Counted from the first letter of the stretch, positions 1-10,068 are shown. The stretch is DNA of 64,000 bases from Nostoc sp. DedSLP01 (GCA_034530875.2 JAVRCJ020000031.1:22406-86405), one strand, 5' to 3'. Program-made: numbers and translations. The notes: a model not told the origin generated them from the sequence alone.

Positions 1-15
1 CATGCCCCATTTTCA

Positions 16-1191
16 TTAGTTGTTAATATATTTTTCTACGAGCATGATTAATTCTGTATCTGTAAAGGGTTTTGTTAAATAATCTGTTGCCCCGACCATC
101 TTAGCTTTGACGCGATCGAGAAATCCATCTTTACCAGTCAGCATGATAATCGGTGTCAGCCGAAATGCTGTTGAGTGTCGCAGCATGGCGCAAACTTCGT
201 ATCCTTCCAATTCCGACATGGCAATGTCGCATAAAATCAAATCCGGTTTGAGCTGAAAAACCAGACTAATTGCCTCTAGGGGATTAGTGAGGACGATCGC
301 TTCATAACCTTGCCCTTGTAAGATCGAATTTATAGTCTCACCGATGGCGATCGCATCGTCAATACATACTATCCGCCCTTTATTTTTTCTCTTCACTTCC
401 CAGCTATCAGTGTGAGTCTCTGGGTTATCAGTCGCTGAATATACTAGTTGTAGCCAACTTTGCTGCACGTATGGATATATTGCTTGAGCAACTGTCAAAA
501 TGTCTCGGTTGAGATAACGGGCTAGTTGACGCAGCGATGTTTTACCATCAGCCCAATGTTGTAGTTTATTAACGGTTGCTGGTGGTAGCGACGAGTGGAT
601 TTGAATTTTGTCAGATAGCACTAGCAATTGTTCGGGAGACTGAATGTGTGGATAAAGTTGCTTCCACTCCTGCACCTGTTTGGTAATTTGTGCCACAAAA
701 GGAGCAATCTCGAAAGTATTTAATTGTGGGGTAAGTGCTGCACCTTGACGAAAGATAAAATTACCTTGGTGTAAGCTCAGTAGATCGAACAGGGTCTCAT
801 GCACTAGGCCGTGAATTATACTAGCTGCTGTCTTGGGACTGATGATATTCTGCTCTAAAAGTGCCCAAAGATAGGCATACTCTGGGGCGTCAGTTGATGG
901 TAAAGTGGCAATTTGTTTGTCAACAAGTCGCTTCTCAACTCGGTAATGACGTAAATAATCGCTAATTCTGGATAAACTACTTTCCCCTTGTTGGCAATAG
1001 ATAATTTGACCATTGAGGAAAAAAACAAACCAAGACTTTTGTTTGGCAATATATTCAGTAGCTCTATCTCCACTAGGTTGATTGTGATGGTGAAAGCTAT
1101 GAGCTTCTATCCATAATTGCCCAGTTCGCTGTCCCAACTCAATTAGTTGCAAGATACTGCAAATATCAATTTCATTTAAATTTCCCTGCAT
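16..1191 (-). CDS. PatA-family response regulator (PATAN/DUF4388 domain + C-terminal REC); likely first gene of the hmp/pilG-type chemotaxis-like locus
   Basis: N-terminal MQGNLNEIDICSILQLIELGQRTG (PATAN), C-terminal receiver (CIDD...CDIAM...MLTG...DYLTKPF); divergent from hmpF. Confidence 0.85.
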   Translation of the reverse strand: MQGNLNEIDICSILQLIELGQRTGQLWIEAHSFHHHNQPSGDRATEYIAKQKSWFVFFLNGQIIYCQQGESSLSRISDYLRHYRVEKRLVDKQIATLPSTDAPEYAYLWALLEQNIISPKTAASIIHGLVHETLFDLLSLHQGNFIFRQGAALTPQLNTFEIAPFVAQITKQVQEWKQLYPHIQSPEQLLVLSDKIQIHSSLPPATVNKLQHWADGKTSLRQLARYLNRDILTVAQAIYPYVQQSWLQLVYSATDNPETHTDSWEVKRKNKGRIVCIDDAIAIGETINSILQGQGYEAIVLTNPLEAISLVFQLKPDLILCDIAMSELEGYEVCAMLRHSTAFRLTPIIMLTGKDGFLDRVKAKMVGATDYLTKPFTDTELIMLVEKYINN

Positions 1192-1742
1192 TTAGCTAAA
1201 CAGTACTCCTCATGGTGGGGTTTATATTATTTATGAATTTTGTCCGTCAACTTTTTCATGTTTCGAGCAGGTAGTTTAATTTGGGAATCAGAAGTACAAA
1301 CACAATTAACCGCTTGTGTACGGAACTAAAGAACTGTTTCTCTTCACTGCTTTCCTTCACTTCCACTATTGCTGAATTCTCTTAGCGCAGCGGCGCATAG
1401 CCCATTCTCACTTCTGTTTAAGTATTGATTATGGAGTATTGGAAAGATTTTGACCCTATCCCTTGTTCTCATCCAGTAATCAATTAAGCCATAAAACTTA
1501 ATGTTTTGTAATACACCTTGGTAAACTTAGTGTTAACACGGAAGTCATCATCGCTGTCATCAGTACAAAATATAAAGGCGCGGTCAAGTCGCTTCTATAG
1601 ATATCAAGACATAATATCTCTCGTATATTAAGTTTTATCTGTTTTGCTCTCCTAAACTGTAGTTCAGTGAGACAAGGTAACAGAATTATTTCAGGTATAT
1701 CCCAAAACACGAACTTTAAGTGCATCAATAAGGACTAACAGT

Positions 1743-3503
1743 GTGCTGTATTTAGCAGAAGTACAAAAACAGAAAGGTGGTTTACTTAGTGGTAGTGGCA
1801 AAACCGAACTGAAACTACTAGCTTGTCAGCGAACTGACCAGAATTGGAGTACTGTGTCGGAAGAAGTGATTGCCGCTGAGGACGCAAGCAAATTAAATGA
1901 TGGTGCTTTGGTATTAGTTGAACTGAATCCGAATCGTCAAGTACAACGGATTCAAGAAGCAGGGCGTCCCCTAGTGAATATTTTGCAGAATTTTTCCCGC
2001 CAGTTGGAGAAATTTAAGCTCAAGGAAGATGAGATCGATCAGTGGAAACAGTCGTTGACATTTCAGGCGCAAGAGTTGAATCGCCGTGAAATGGAAATGG
2101 AAGCACGGCTAGAACAGTTGCAAAACATGGAAGAGGATTTGCAACAACTGGAAGAACAAAAGCAGGAAGTTGATACATCTCGTGGGGAGATTGAAAAGTT
2201 ACAAGCAGAAATTGAACGCAACCGTCAGGAATTGGAAGGCGCTTGGGAGCATTTACGCGGCGAACAGCGTCGGCTAGAGGAGCGTCAAGCAGATTTCAAA
2301 CAAGGGACGGTTTTGGATGAGGAGCAAAGTAAGGCGATGAGTGAATTGCTCGATCGCTTATCGAGTCGCATTCCTCCTACAGAAAAAGTAAAAGAACATT
2401 TTCAACTTGTCTGTGAATTAGTAGAAAATCAGCAAGCTATCCTGACTCCACACTGGGAACAACTCCAGCACCAAAAAACTGCCATTTCTCAACAACAGGA
2501 AGAAGTTGAGCGCTTGTCACAAATATTTAGCGATCGCCAAAATGCCTGGCAACAAGGACAAAAGTCTCTAGCTCAGCAAACAGCCCAATTGCAGATCAGT
2601 ACAGCAGAGCTTAAGAGCAAGCAAGAATATATTCAAACACTTAAAGATCGATTACGCAATCAAGAAGATTTATATCAACAAATTCATAGCTTGGCTGCAA
2701 CATCTGGTGATGTGGTTTTAGGTCAGCCAGTTGATGTGGAAGCTTTACAAAAAATGCCTTTAGATGAACTACAAAAAATAGTCCAAGACTTAGAGCAGAA
2801 ATTAGAAATAGATGCAAGCTTTGTTCACGATCAAGAACAAGAACTTAAATATAAGCAAGAAGCTATAGAAGAACTGCAAAATAAATTAAAGCAAGCATCT
2901 GACCAAGACCACATCAATTTAGAACTGGAACTAAGGGATGAAACCGACCACTATCAGATGTTAAATTCCAGTTTAGTGGGACAACGCCGCAATATGTTAC
3001 AGCGGCAGAAGTATCTCAAGCAACATCAAAATATATTGCTGCGGCGGCAAGGACATACTCTTACTGACGAACAAGAGAGCAATCAAATTAATTTAGAGCC
3101 GATTCTGTCACAAATTGAAACCCACCGACAACAATATTCCCAAGAAATCCAAAAGTTGGAACGTGAAATCGAGCAGATGCGTGCTGGTATCGATTTAGCT
3201 CAGGGTATGATTGACAATCAAACCCACGATTTGGATGAAAAACAGCAAGAACTTAAAGCGATCGAAGAAAACTTGCTGTCTTTAAGAGCAGCAACTGCTC
3301 AATGCTGCGGTCGAGTCAATCTTTATGAGGAAGTGCTACAACCAATCCAGGATTGTATAGACAACTTACGCCAAAAGCTTCAAGGAATTGGAGAATCTTT
3401 GGATGGATTCAAGGAAACTGGCGATCATCAACTCCAAGCGATCGCTCAGTTGCGCCAAACTCTCCAGAGTTTGATATCTCAGCCAGAATTATTAGCGTCT
3501 TAA
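1743..3503 (+). CDS. hmpF: Pilus motility/taxis coiled-coil protein HmpF
   Basis: Characteristic N-terminus MLYLAEVQKQKGGLL...LKLLACQRTDQNW followed by long Q/E-rich coiled coil; divergent from a PatA-type regulator. Confidence 0.85.
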   Translation: MLYLAEVQKQKGGLLSGSGKTELKLLACQRTDQNWSTVSEEVIAAEDASKLNDGALVLVELNPNRQVQRIQEAGRPLVNILQNFSRQLEKFKLKEDEIDQWKQSLTFQAQELNRREMEMEARLEQLQNMEEDLQQLEEQKQEVDTSRGEIEKLQAEIERNRQELEGAWEHLRGEQRRLEERQADFKQGTVLDEEQSKAMSELLDRLSSRIPPTEKVKEHFQLVCELVENQQAILTPHWEQLQHQKTAISQQQEEVERLSQIFSDRQNAWQQGQKSLAQQTAQLQISTAELKSKQEYIQTLKDRLRNQEDLYQQIHSLAATSGDVVLGQPVDVEALQKMPLDELQKIVQDLEQKLEIDASFVHDQEQELKYKQEAIEELQNKLKQASDQDHINLELELRDETDHYQMLNSSLVGQRRNMLQRQKYLKQHQNILLRRQGHTLTDEQESNQINLEPILSQIETHRQQYSQEIQKLEREIEQMRAGIDLAQGMIDNQTHDLDEKQQELKAIEENLLSLRAATAQCCGRVNLYEEVLQPIQDCIDNLRQKLQGIGESLDGFKETGDHQLQAIAQLRQTLQSLISQPELLAS

Positions 3504-3595
3504 ATAGTGCGTTGACTCTTGACCGTTGATTGTGAACAGTGGGATATTTTTTTTGGAAGTTCCTAACGATTGTAAAATGATGCCGAGTTATTTGC

Positions 3596-4201
3596 ATGAC
3601 TAAGGAACGAGAACAAGCGTTTTTAGCAATTCGTGATGCAATCGCTACTGGTATTAAAAATTTTTTACCTGCTTTTAGGCACGATTGGGCTAACGAAACA
3701 ATGTATGGATTTCTTCTGGAAGCTGTTTGGGAAGGAACCTCTGTAGAAGCTGTCGCTGCAACTGAAGAAGGATTATTGCGTATTGCTAAGTATTATGCAG
3801 TCGATCAAGGTAAGGAAGATGAACAATCCATTAATCATCAACGCATTCAATTACGTTGGGGAAGCCCTGAAGATGGCTGGTACGCTAACTATGATGCAAA
3901 TTTTTTTGCTAGAGCCAATCAGTTACTTGCCCAGGCTCATGAAACAGGATTGATGGAACTAGGCGATCAACAATTACAGCAGTTGTGTCTTGAGGTACTA
4001 CGAGAGCTAGATAGTGCTGGAGTTTTCGCAAGTGCTGAGATTCGCCAAAACATTGTAATAGGTGTTTGTGACGTAGGCGGCGACAATACTGAGGAAGATT
4101 TCTTACAGTGGGCAGAAGCAGTTAATCCACTAGTAGTGATGGAACGATTACGCCGTGAATTGCAAGAGGCAAATGAGGCATACGCGCGATCGCTTTTATA
4201 G
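3596..4201 (+). CDS. DUF4303-like hypothetical protein
   Basis: 201-aa ORF with ETMYGF, RWGSPEDGW, LRELDSAGVF and WAEAVNP segments resembling DUF4303 proteins. Confidence 0.55.
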   Translation: MTKEREQAFLAIRDAIATGIKNFLPAFRHDWANETMYGFLLEAVWEGTSVEAVAATEEGLLRIAKYYAVDQGKEDEQSINHQRIQLRWGSPEDGWYANYDANFFARANQLLAQAHETGLMELGDQQLQQLCLEVLRELDSAGVFASAEIRQNIVIGVCDVGGDNTEEDFLQWAEAVNPLVVMERLRRELQEANEAYARSLL

Positions 4202-4208
4202 ATAGTTA

Positions 4209-4610
4209 TTATTCTATAAATAAACTAGGTTCTACATGAAAAAATTTTCCTAGCTTATCCGCTTGTTCTGTATTTATCTTCTCTTGTCCAGTTAAAATCT
4301 TATCAACCAAATCTTCTGAACCTAATACGGCTACTAAATCATCTCTACTTTTTTCAGATTCCTCTAAAATAAATAACAAGATAGATACAGGATTATTCTG
4401 CTGGTTTGGCTGATAATATTCTTGTTCAAACTTTTCAATTAAAGTAATTAATAGCTGATACAGTTCGTCTTCTTCTGGAGTGCGTTCTCCGTGCATTAAA
4501 TCTTCCACTATTCTTAAAGCTTGTTCATTTTCAGCTTCACTTTTTATCAATTTGGGAAGATAAGCTATTAATAATTCCTTATATTTATCTGGATTAAAAG
4601 TAAAGGTCAT
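4209..4610 (-). CDS. higA: HigA-like antitoxin / HTH transcriptional regulator
   Basis: PKLIKSEAENEQAL...LITLIEKFEQEYY, C-terminal HTH ending LGKFFHVEPSLFI; likely ATG at 4610 overlapping the higB stop. Confidence 0.8.
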   Translation of the reverse strand: MTFTFNPDKYKELLIAYLPKLIKSEAENEQALRIVEDLMHGERTPEEDELYQLLITLIEKFEQEYYQPNQQNNPVSILLFILEESEKSRDDLVAVLGSEDLVDKILTGQEKINTEQADKLGKFFHVEPSLFIE

Positions 4611-4893
4611 TTTTCCAGTTCTCCTTATCGTATTCTGCATGAGTGACAATATACTTAATATAAATTAACTGTCCTTCATAATCTATACTAACAATCAAGC
4701 GATATTTATTTCCTTTAATATTGAAAACTGTAAAATTACCAACAGATTCAGCTTTAGGAAAAACCTGCTGTACTTCAACTAAATTTGACCATTTAGCTTT
4801 ATTAGCAACTTTATACCAATTACTTAATACTTCCTGACAATCTGCATGATTTTCTGCATATTCTCTTAAAATTCTAAAACTAATAATGTGCAT
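4594..4893 (-). CDS. higB: HigB-family mRNA interferase toxin
   Basis: MHIIS...FTVFNIKGNKYRLIVSIDY...THAEYDK signature; upstream of the antitoxin. Confidence 0.88.
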   Translation of the reverse strand: MHIISFRILREYAENHADCQEVLSNWYKVANKAKWSNLVEVQQVFPKAESVGNFTVFNIKGNKYRLIVSIDYEGQLIYIKYIVTHAEYDKENWKNDLYF

Positions 4894-4923
4894 TATCCCC
4901 GCTAACAAAAAGACTTTAAATAA

Positions 4924-5913
4924 CTATTTCAAATAAATCCAATCGCCTTGTACTTGAGCGATCGCACCACCAGGAAAAGGATCGGTTTGCGATCGATTTG
5001 GTGCTGTAATTAAAGTCGTTAATTTTTCAATATGCTCAAAACTAGGTGCGTCAGGAAGTACTTGCTGCAATAACTGACGCATCACCCGACGTTGCAGCGC
5101 CAATGGCGCTTTCTGCAATACCCGACGATTTAACCGTAAGGGAACTGAATTTTCTTCATCCCCCATGCCCCACACCATCGCCTTTTCCCGCAACTGCTGG
5201 GCAGCTTTTTCTAAATACTCTACTTCTGCTTGTAGAAGTTCTGCTGTTTGGGCTAAGGCTGATTCTACTTGAGGGTTAAAATTTTGCCGCAAATATGGCA
5301 GTAACTCTTGGCGGATGCGGTTGCGGGCGTATTGTAAATCTTGATTAGTCGAATCTTCCCAAATTGGTAGTTGAAAATCTTGGCAAAATTGCTGTGTTTG
5401 CGTGCGAGTAATTTCTAAAAGTGGACGCACTACCATAATGCCCGTATTTAGCGGGCGTTGCCAAGTCAGGGCTTGCAAGCCATCAGCACCAGTACCGCGC
5501 ATTAAATTGTAAAGGAGGGTTTCGGCGCGATCGCTCTTCGTATGTCCTGTAACTATATATTGATAATGATTTGCTTGAGCGATCGCACTTAAAGCTTCAT
5601 ACCGCCAATCCCGTGCAGCAGCTTCACTATTTATAGGTTCGTTGGCTGTTTCTAAATAAAAGGATATACCCCAACTTTTAGCTAAATTTTGGACGTGATT
5701 AGCATTAGCTTGGGAGTCAGAACGCCAGCGATGATCGCAATGAGCAATACCTAAATACCATCCCCATTTGGATTGTAAATCTAAAAGTAATTTTATTAAA
5801 CACAGAGAATCTTGTCCGCCAGAGACAGCGATTAATAGACGCTGGTTGCGTTCAAATAAATGGCGCGATCGGATGGTGCGATGGATTTTTGCGTGTATGG
5901 GAGTCCATACCAT
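4924..5913 (-). CDS. tilS: tRNA(Ile)-lysidine synthetase
   Basis: AVSGGQDS PP-loop, HCDHRWR, TGHTKSDRAET, RPLL, WEDSTN, RNRIR motifs. Confidence 0.95.
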   Translation of the reverse strand: MVWTPIHAKIHRTIRSRHLFERNQRLLIAVSGGQDSLCLIKLLLDLQSKWGWYLGIAHCDHRWRSDSQANANHVQNLAKSWGISFYLETANEPINSEAAARDWRYEALSAIAQANHYQYIVTGHTKSDRAETLLYNLMRGTGADGLQALTWQRPLNTGIMVVRPLLEITRTQTQQFCQDFQLPIWEDSTNQDLQYARNRIRQELLPYLRQNFNPQVESALAQTAELLQAEVEYLEKAAQQLREKAMVWGMGDEENSVPLRLNRRVLQKAPLALQRRVMRQLLQQVLPDAPSFEHIEKLTTLITAPNRSQTDPFPGGAIAQVQGDWIYLK

Positions 5914-5925
5914 TTTTACAACTTC

Positions 5926-6234
5926 TCATAGTTTTTGGATTTGACTTGCAGCAACAACTTGTTTAACAGTTAACGCTAGTTCCGGGAAAGTAGTAGAGAT
6001 AATGCGATCGTTGCCCGTAAACTTTTGGACTTGGTATTGACCATCAACCAACTGATAAACAAAAATCGTGGGGAGTTTAGGATTACCGAGATAAGCACGA
6101 GAAGCGATCGCTAGATAATCTACAATCCAATACTCAGGAATACCCAGTCGTTGATACTCATCTAGCTTGTCAACATAATCATCATCCCAGTTTGTTGAGG
6201 TAACTTCTACAGCAAGTTGAATCGGCTCAATCAT
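5926..6234 (-). pseudogene. N-terminally truncated Uma2 (DUF820) endonuclease fragment
   Basis: Only the C-terminal part (LAVEVTSTNW...KLDEYQRLGIPEYWIVD...FPELALT), 102 aa; the upstream PD motif region is missing. Confidence 0.7.
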
Positions 6235-6285
6235 GCCTTATTTTAGACAATTGCTACAACACAAAGTAAATAATTTAGAAATGCT

Positions 6286-6312
6286 TTCTTCTTTGCGCCT
6301 TTGCGTGAGATA
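6286..6312 (-). repeat. Left copy of a 27-bp inverted repeat flanking the CHAT-STAND-TPR cassette
   Basis: ttcttctttgcgcctttgcgtgagata is the reverse complement (1 mismatch) of 10040-10066; related copy at 49532. Confidence 0.8.
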
Positions 6313-6342
6313 AAAATACTGTATAAATTCGCAGATCGCTTT

Positions 6343-6669
6343 ATGGCAGAAATTCAAATTGGAATTGAAGGTGAAGGCGCACCAGCCGCAGCCGAGGCTT
6401 TGCTAGAAATTCCTGGAATATCGGGAAGCTACGAAGTACCGACGCAAAGAGAGGGAACTCTGGCGGCTATTGCTACTGTTGTTGGCATTGTAGGTGGTGT
6501 GGCGGCTTTAGCCGAACAAATTCGCAAATGGTATCAAGAATGGCGAAAATCCCATCCAGGGAAGCAATTTGATGTGGTAATTCTTGACCCTGATACGGGA
6601 AACAGGATTTTACTTGAGGACGCTACTATAGAGGAAATCACGGAAATCCTCAAATCTATCAGCAAGTAA
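6343..6669 (+). CDS. Small (108 aa) protein with a central hydrophobic/amphipathic helix, translationally coupled to the CHAT-STAND-TPR gene
   Basis: ATG at 6343; segment GTLAAIATVVGIVGGVAALAEQIRKW; stop is separated by 1 nt from the next GTG start. Confidence 0.75.
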   Translation: MAEIQIGIEGEGAPAAAEALLEIPGISGSYEVPTQREGTLAAIATVVGIVGGVAALAEQIRKWYQEWRKSHPGKQFDVVILDPDTGNRILLEDATIEEITEILKSISK

Positions 6670-6670
6670 A

Positions 6671-9600
6671 GTGCAAACTATCCGCATTCAACTTCGGGAA
6701 AGTACCCAGGAAACGGTTGAACTCAGGTATTGGCTACCTCAACAAAAGCACTATGAATCACGCCGCCTGAAATTAGCAGAAATCGCTAATTTCCTCCAGC
6801 AAGGAGAACGCGATTATTATAAACTGCTGCCTAATTTAAAGGGAATTGGGCAGCAATTATTTTTTTGGTTGGATGGCGAGGGACGGTGGTTGAGTCGAGG
6901 AATTGGTGAGTGTCGCGGTGAGGGGTTGGTAATTGCCATTGATACCGGGAAACAACTGGCGCATCTACCTTGGGAAGTGTTGCATGATGGTGGGGATTTT
7001 TTGGTGAAGCGGGTTAACCCGGTGGTTTTGCCTGTGCGTTGGGTTGAGAAAGAAACGGCTGGGTTTCTCGTGGAAGCACGACAATTGCGCGTATTGTTTA
7101 TGGCAACAGATCCAGAAGATGTGGAATCAAAGTTAGATTTTGAACAGGAAGAAGCGAAAATTCTGGCTGATACGCGAGATTTTGCTTTAGATTTGCGGGT
7201 GGAAGAAAGCGGCTGTGTTAGCGAGTTGGGTAAGGTGTGGAGTCGCTATCTTGAGGACTTTGATGTGTTTCACCTCGCAGGACACGCCTCAATTAAAGAT
7301 GCAGCACCTTACACGCCTTACTTTATTACGGAGACGGAAATCGGGGAACGCCACGAAACTACAGCCGCAGAACTGGCTGAAGTCTTTCGGTTTCGCTTTC
7401 CCAAATTGGTGTTTTTATCTGGGTGTCGGACTGGACAAGCACCAGATAAAGGGGCTGTCCCTTCAATGGCTGAGGCACTTATTGCACAAGGGGCGAGGGC
7501 GGTTTTAAGTTGGGGGCGACTTGTGGAAGACCGGACAGCTACAGCCGCAGCCGCCCACCTCTACGGCAAATTGGCAGCAGGATATGAATTAGCCCAAGCA
7601 CTCGCTAGCACTTACCAGCAGTTGTTTAAACAGAAAGTGCGTGACTGGCATTTGTTACGGTTATATGTCCAGGGCGAATGTCCGGGTGCGTTGGTGGATG
7701 TGTTGGGAGATGTGCCACCCTCTGCGCCGGAACCTGCTTATCAACAGTTTTTAGACCCCGATACCCAACAGGTGCGGGTGGCGAAACCGTCGGAGTTTGT
7801 TGGCAGACGGCGGAATTTGCAACGTTGTCTCAAAGCCATTCGCACTTCATTAGGGGTACTCATTCACGGAATCGGGGGTGTGGGTAAGAGTACGGTGACG
7901 GCACGACTATTAGAAAGGATGGTTGGGTATCACAGGCTGGTGATTTTTCGGCAACTGGATGAGGATAAATTGCTGAAAATTCTGGCTGAACAATGTACCT
8001 CGGAACGGGGGCATGAAATTCTCAATGGCAAGTTACCGTTGATGCAGTGCCTCACTAAGTTTTTCACCGAAGGACTCAATAGCAAAGAACAGCGCTTTGT
8101 TTTTGTGCTGGATGACTTTGAGGCAAATTTGGAATTACGCAATGGGGTTTATGTGTTGCAAGCACAAGTTGTGGAGGTAATGCTGGCGTTGCTGAAGGCG
8201 ATGCAAAATTCCCAACTTCCCCACAAGGTAATTATTACCTGTCGCTACGATTTCCAATTGTCGGAACTGAATCATCGTCTGTACTGCGAACCTCTGGCGG
8301 CTTTGGCTGGGGCAGATTTAATTAAAAAGTATAATCGTCTGGATTCGTTTAATGGCAGTTGGCAATTTCAGCCAGATTTGCCCGAACGTGCTAAACAAGC
8401 AGCAGATGGAAATCCTCGGCTGTTGGAATGGTTAGATAAGATTTTGCAAAATTCCCCGAAGTCGCCAGAAGCCGAGAGGGGAGTTGAGATGATTCTGCAA
8501 AAGATGGCAGATAAGGAAAAGGAATTTCGTGAGGATATTTTGGCACAGGTATTGCTGAAGCAGCAAACTCCAGCTTTGCGGAAGATGCTGGGGAAGTTGT
8601 TGGTGTATGAGTTACCTGTTCCTCAAGCTGCGATTTCCCCGATTTGTGAGGATATCTCAAGTTGGGAAAGTCATATTCAACGCGCTGAAATTTTGGGTTT
8701 GTTGGAAGTTACCCTCACTAACAACAAAGAGAGGTTGTATCGTGTTCCCCGGATTTTGTCACCGTTGCTAGAGTTTCCAGAAAACCCCAAGGGTGAAGAG
8801 TTGTATAAACAAGCTGCACAAATTTTGTATCGTCTGTGGTGGGAGGCAGGAACTGCTACGGAAGCACAAAAGTTAGAAATTCATCGCTTGGCGTTGCTGG
8901 GGAAGGATGAAGGAATTGCGGGGAAAATAGCTAGTTCATTAGCAAACTGCTTGCGTAATCAAAGTCGATTTCGAGAAGCAATACATCTGTGCAAATCAAC
9001 TTTAGAAATTACTAATAATCATAGTGTTCTCAAAGAAATTGCTTATTGTGAACACCAAATGGGTGAGGTTGATCGAGCATTAAACTATTACCAACAAGCT
9101 TTAAATCTTTGTCCCGCAGAAGACGAACAAGAATTAGCATCAATTTATCATCATTTTGGAATGCTGAAAGCCGACAAAGGGGAAATGGATGAAGCGATCG
9201 CACTCTACGATCAGTCTTTGGAACTATGGGAACGCATTGGAGATGTCCAAGGCAAAGCGGCGACGTTGCAAGAACTGGGACGTATCTACGCCAACAAAGG
9301 GGAAGTTGATGAAGCAATCGCACTCTACGATCAGTCTTTGGAACTATGGGAACGTATTGGAGATGTCCAAGGCAAAGCGGCGACGTTGCACAATCTGGGA
9401 TATATCTACGCCAACAAAGGGGAAGTAGATCAAGCGATCGCACTGTACAATCAGTCTTTGGAAATAGAAGAATGCATTGGTAATGTTCAAGGCAAAGCGA
9501 CGACGTTGCACAATCTAGGATATATCTACACCGACAAAGGGGAAGTGGATCAAGCGATCGCACTCTACAACCAGTCTTTGGAAATAAAAGAACGCATTGG

Positions 9601-10018
9601 AGATGTCCAAGGCAAAGCGGCGACGTTGAACGATCTGGGATATATCTACGCCGACAAAGGGGAAGTGGATAAAGCGATCGCACTCTACAATCAGTCTTTG
9701 GAAATAAGTCAACGCATTGGAGATGTCCAAACCAAAGCGGCGACGTTGCACTGTCTGGGATATATGTACGCCAACAAAGGGGAAGTGGATAAAGCGATCA
9801 GACTCTACAATCAGTCTTTGGAAATAAGTCAACGCATTGGTGCTGTCCGAACTCAAGCAATGACTCTGCGGAGGTTAGGAGATTTGGCAGAACAGCAGGG
9901 TGAATACACTAAAGCGATATCCTATTTGCAACCAGCTTTAGAGATTTTGCAGCGATTGCAATCACCAGATGCTGAAGGTGTGCGTGCAAGTCTTGATAGG
10001 CTAATGCGTAATTCGTAA
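6671..10018 (+). CDS. CHAT (caspase-HetF) protease + STAND/NB-ARC-like NTPase + TPR repeat protein (NLR-like)
   Basis: CHAT dyad FHLAGHA / VFLSGCRTG; Walker A HGIGGVGKST; Walker B FVFVLDDFE; ITCR; DGNPRLL; 40-aa TPR-like repeats at the C-terminus. Confidence 0.9.
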   Translation: MQTIRIQLRESTQETVELRYWLPQQKHYESRRLKLAEIANFLQQGERDYYKLLPNLKGIGQQLFFWLDGEGRWLSRGIGECRGEGLVIAIDTGKQLAHLPWEVLHDGGDFLVKRVNPVVLPVRWVEKETAGFLVEARQLRVLFMATDPEDVESKLDFEQEEAKILADTRDFALDLRVEESGCVSELGKVWSRYLEDFDVFHLAGHASIKDAAPYTPYFITETEIGERHETTAAELAEVFRFRFPKLVFLSGCRTGQAPDKGAVPSMAEALIAQGARAVLSWGRLVEDRTATAAAAHLYGKLAAGYELAQALASTYQQLFKQKVRDWHLLRLYVQGECPGALVDVLGDVPPSAPEPAYQQFLDPDTQQVRVAKPSEFVGRRRNLQRCLKAIRTSLGVLIHGIGGVGKSTVTARLLERMVGYHRLVIFRQLDEDKLLKILAEQCTSERGHEILNGKLPLMQCLTKFFTEGLNSKEQRFVFVLDDFEANLELRNGVYVLQAQVVEVMLALLKAMQNSQLPHKVIITCRYDFQLSELNHRLYCEPLAALAGADLIKKYNRLDSFNGSWQFQPDLPERAKQAADGNPRLLEWLDKILQNSPKSPEAERGVEMILQKMADKEKEFREDILAQVLLKQQTPALRKMLGKLLVYELPVPQAAISPICEDISSWESHIQRAEILGLLEVTLTNNKERLYRVPRILSPLLEFPENPKGEELYKQAAQILYRLWWEAGTATEAQKLEIHRLALLGKDEGIAGKIASSLANCLRNQSRFREAIHLCKSTLEITNNHSVLKEIAYCEHQMGEVDRALNYYQQALNLCPAEDEQELASIYHHFGMLKADKGEMDEAIALYDQSLELWERIGDVQGKAATLQELGRIYANKGEVDEAIALYDQSLELWERIGDVQGKAATLHNLGYIYANKGEVDQAIALYNQSLEIEECIGNVQGKATTLHNLGYIYTDKGEVDQAIALYNQSLEIKERIGDVQGKAATLNDLGYIYADKGEVDKAIALYNQSLEISQRIGDVQTKAATLHCLGYMYANKGEVDKAIRLYNQSLEISQRIGAVRTQAMTLRRLGDLAEQQGEYTKAISYLQPALEILQRLQSPDAEGVRASLDRLMRNS
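9170..9841 (+). repeat. About 5.5 near-identical 120-bp tandem repeats encoding TPR units
   Basis: ggaa(a/g)t.gat recurs at 9181, 9301, 9421, 9541, 9661 and 9781. Confidence 0.95.
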
Positions 10019-10039
10019 TTACAGCATCGAAAAATTTTC

Positions 10040-10066
10040 TATCTCACGTAAAGGCGCAAAGAAGAA
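10040..10066 (+). repeat. Right copy of the 27-bp inverted repeat
   Basis: tatctcacgtaaaggcgcaaagaagaa. Confidence 0.8.
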
Positions 10067-10068
10067 CA

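Noticed and set aside
9170..9841. Diversity-generating retroelement target/template pair
   Set aside because: No reverse transcriptase in the window, no separate template repeat, and differences are not clearly adenine-restricted
9030..9856. Repetitive alternative-frame ORFs (9030-9683, 9189-9428, 9515-9856)
   Set aside because: Shadows of the 120-bp TPR repeats
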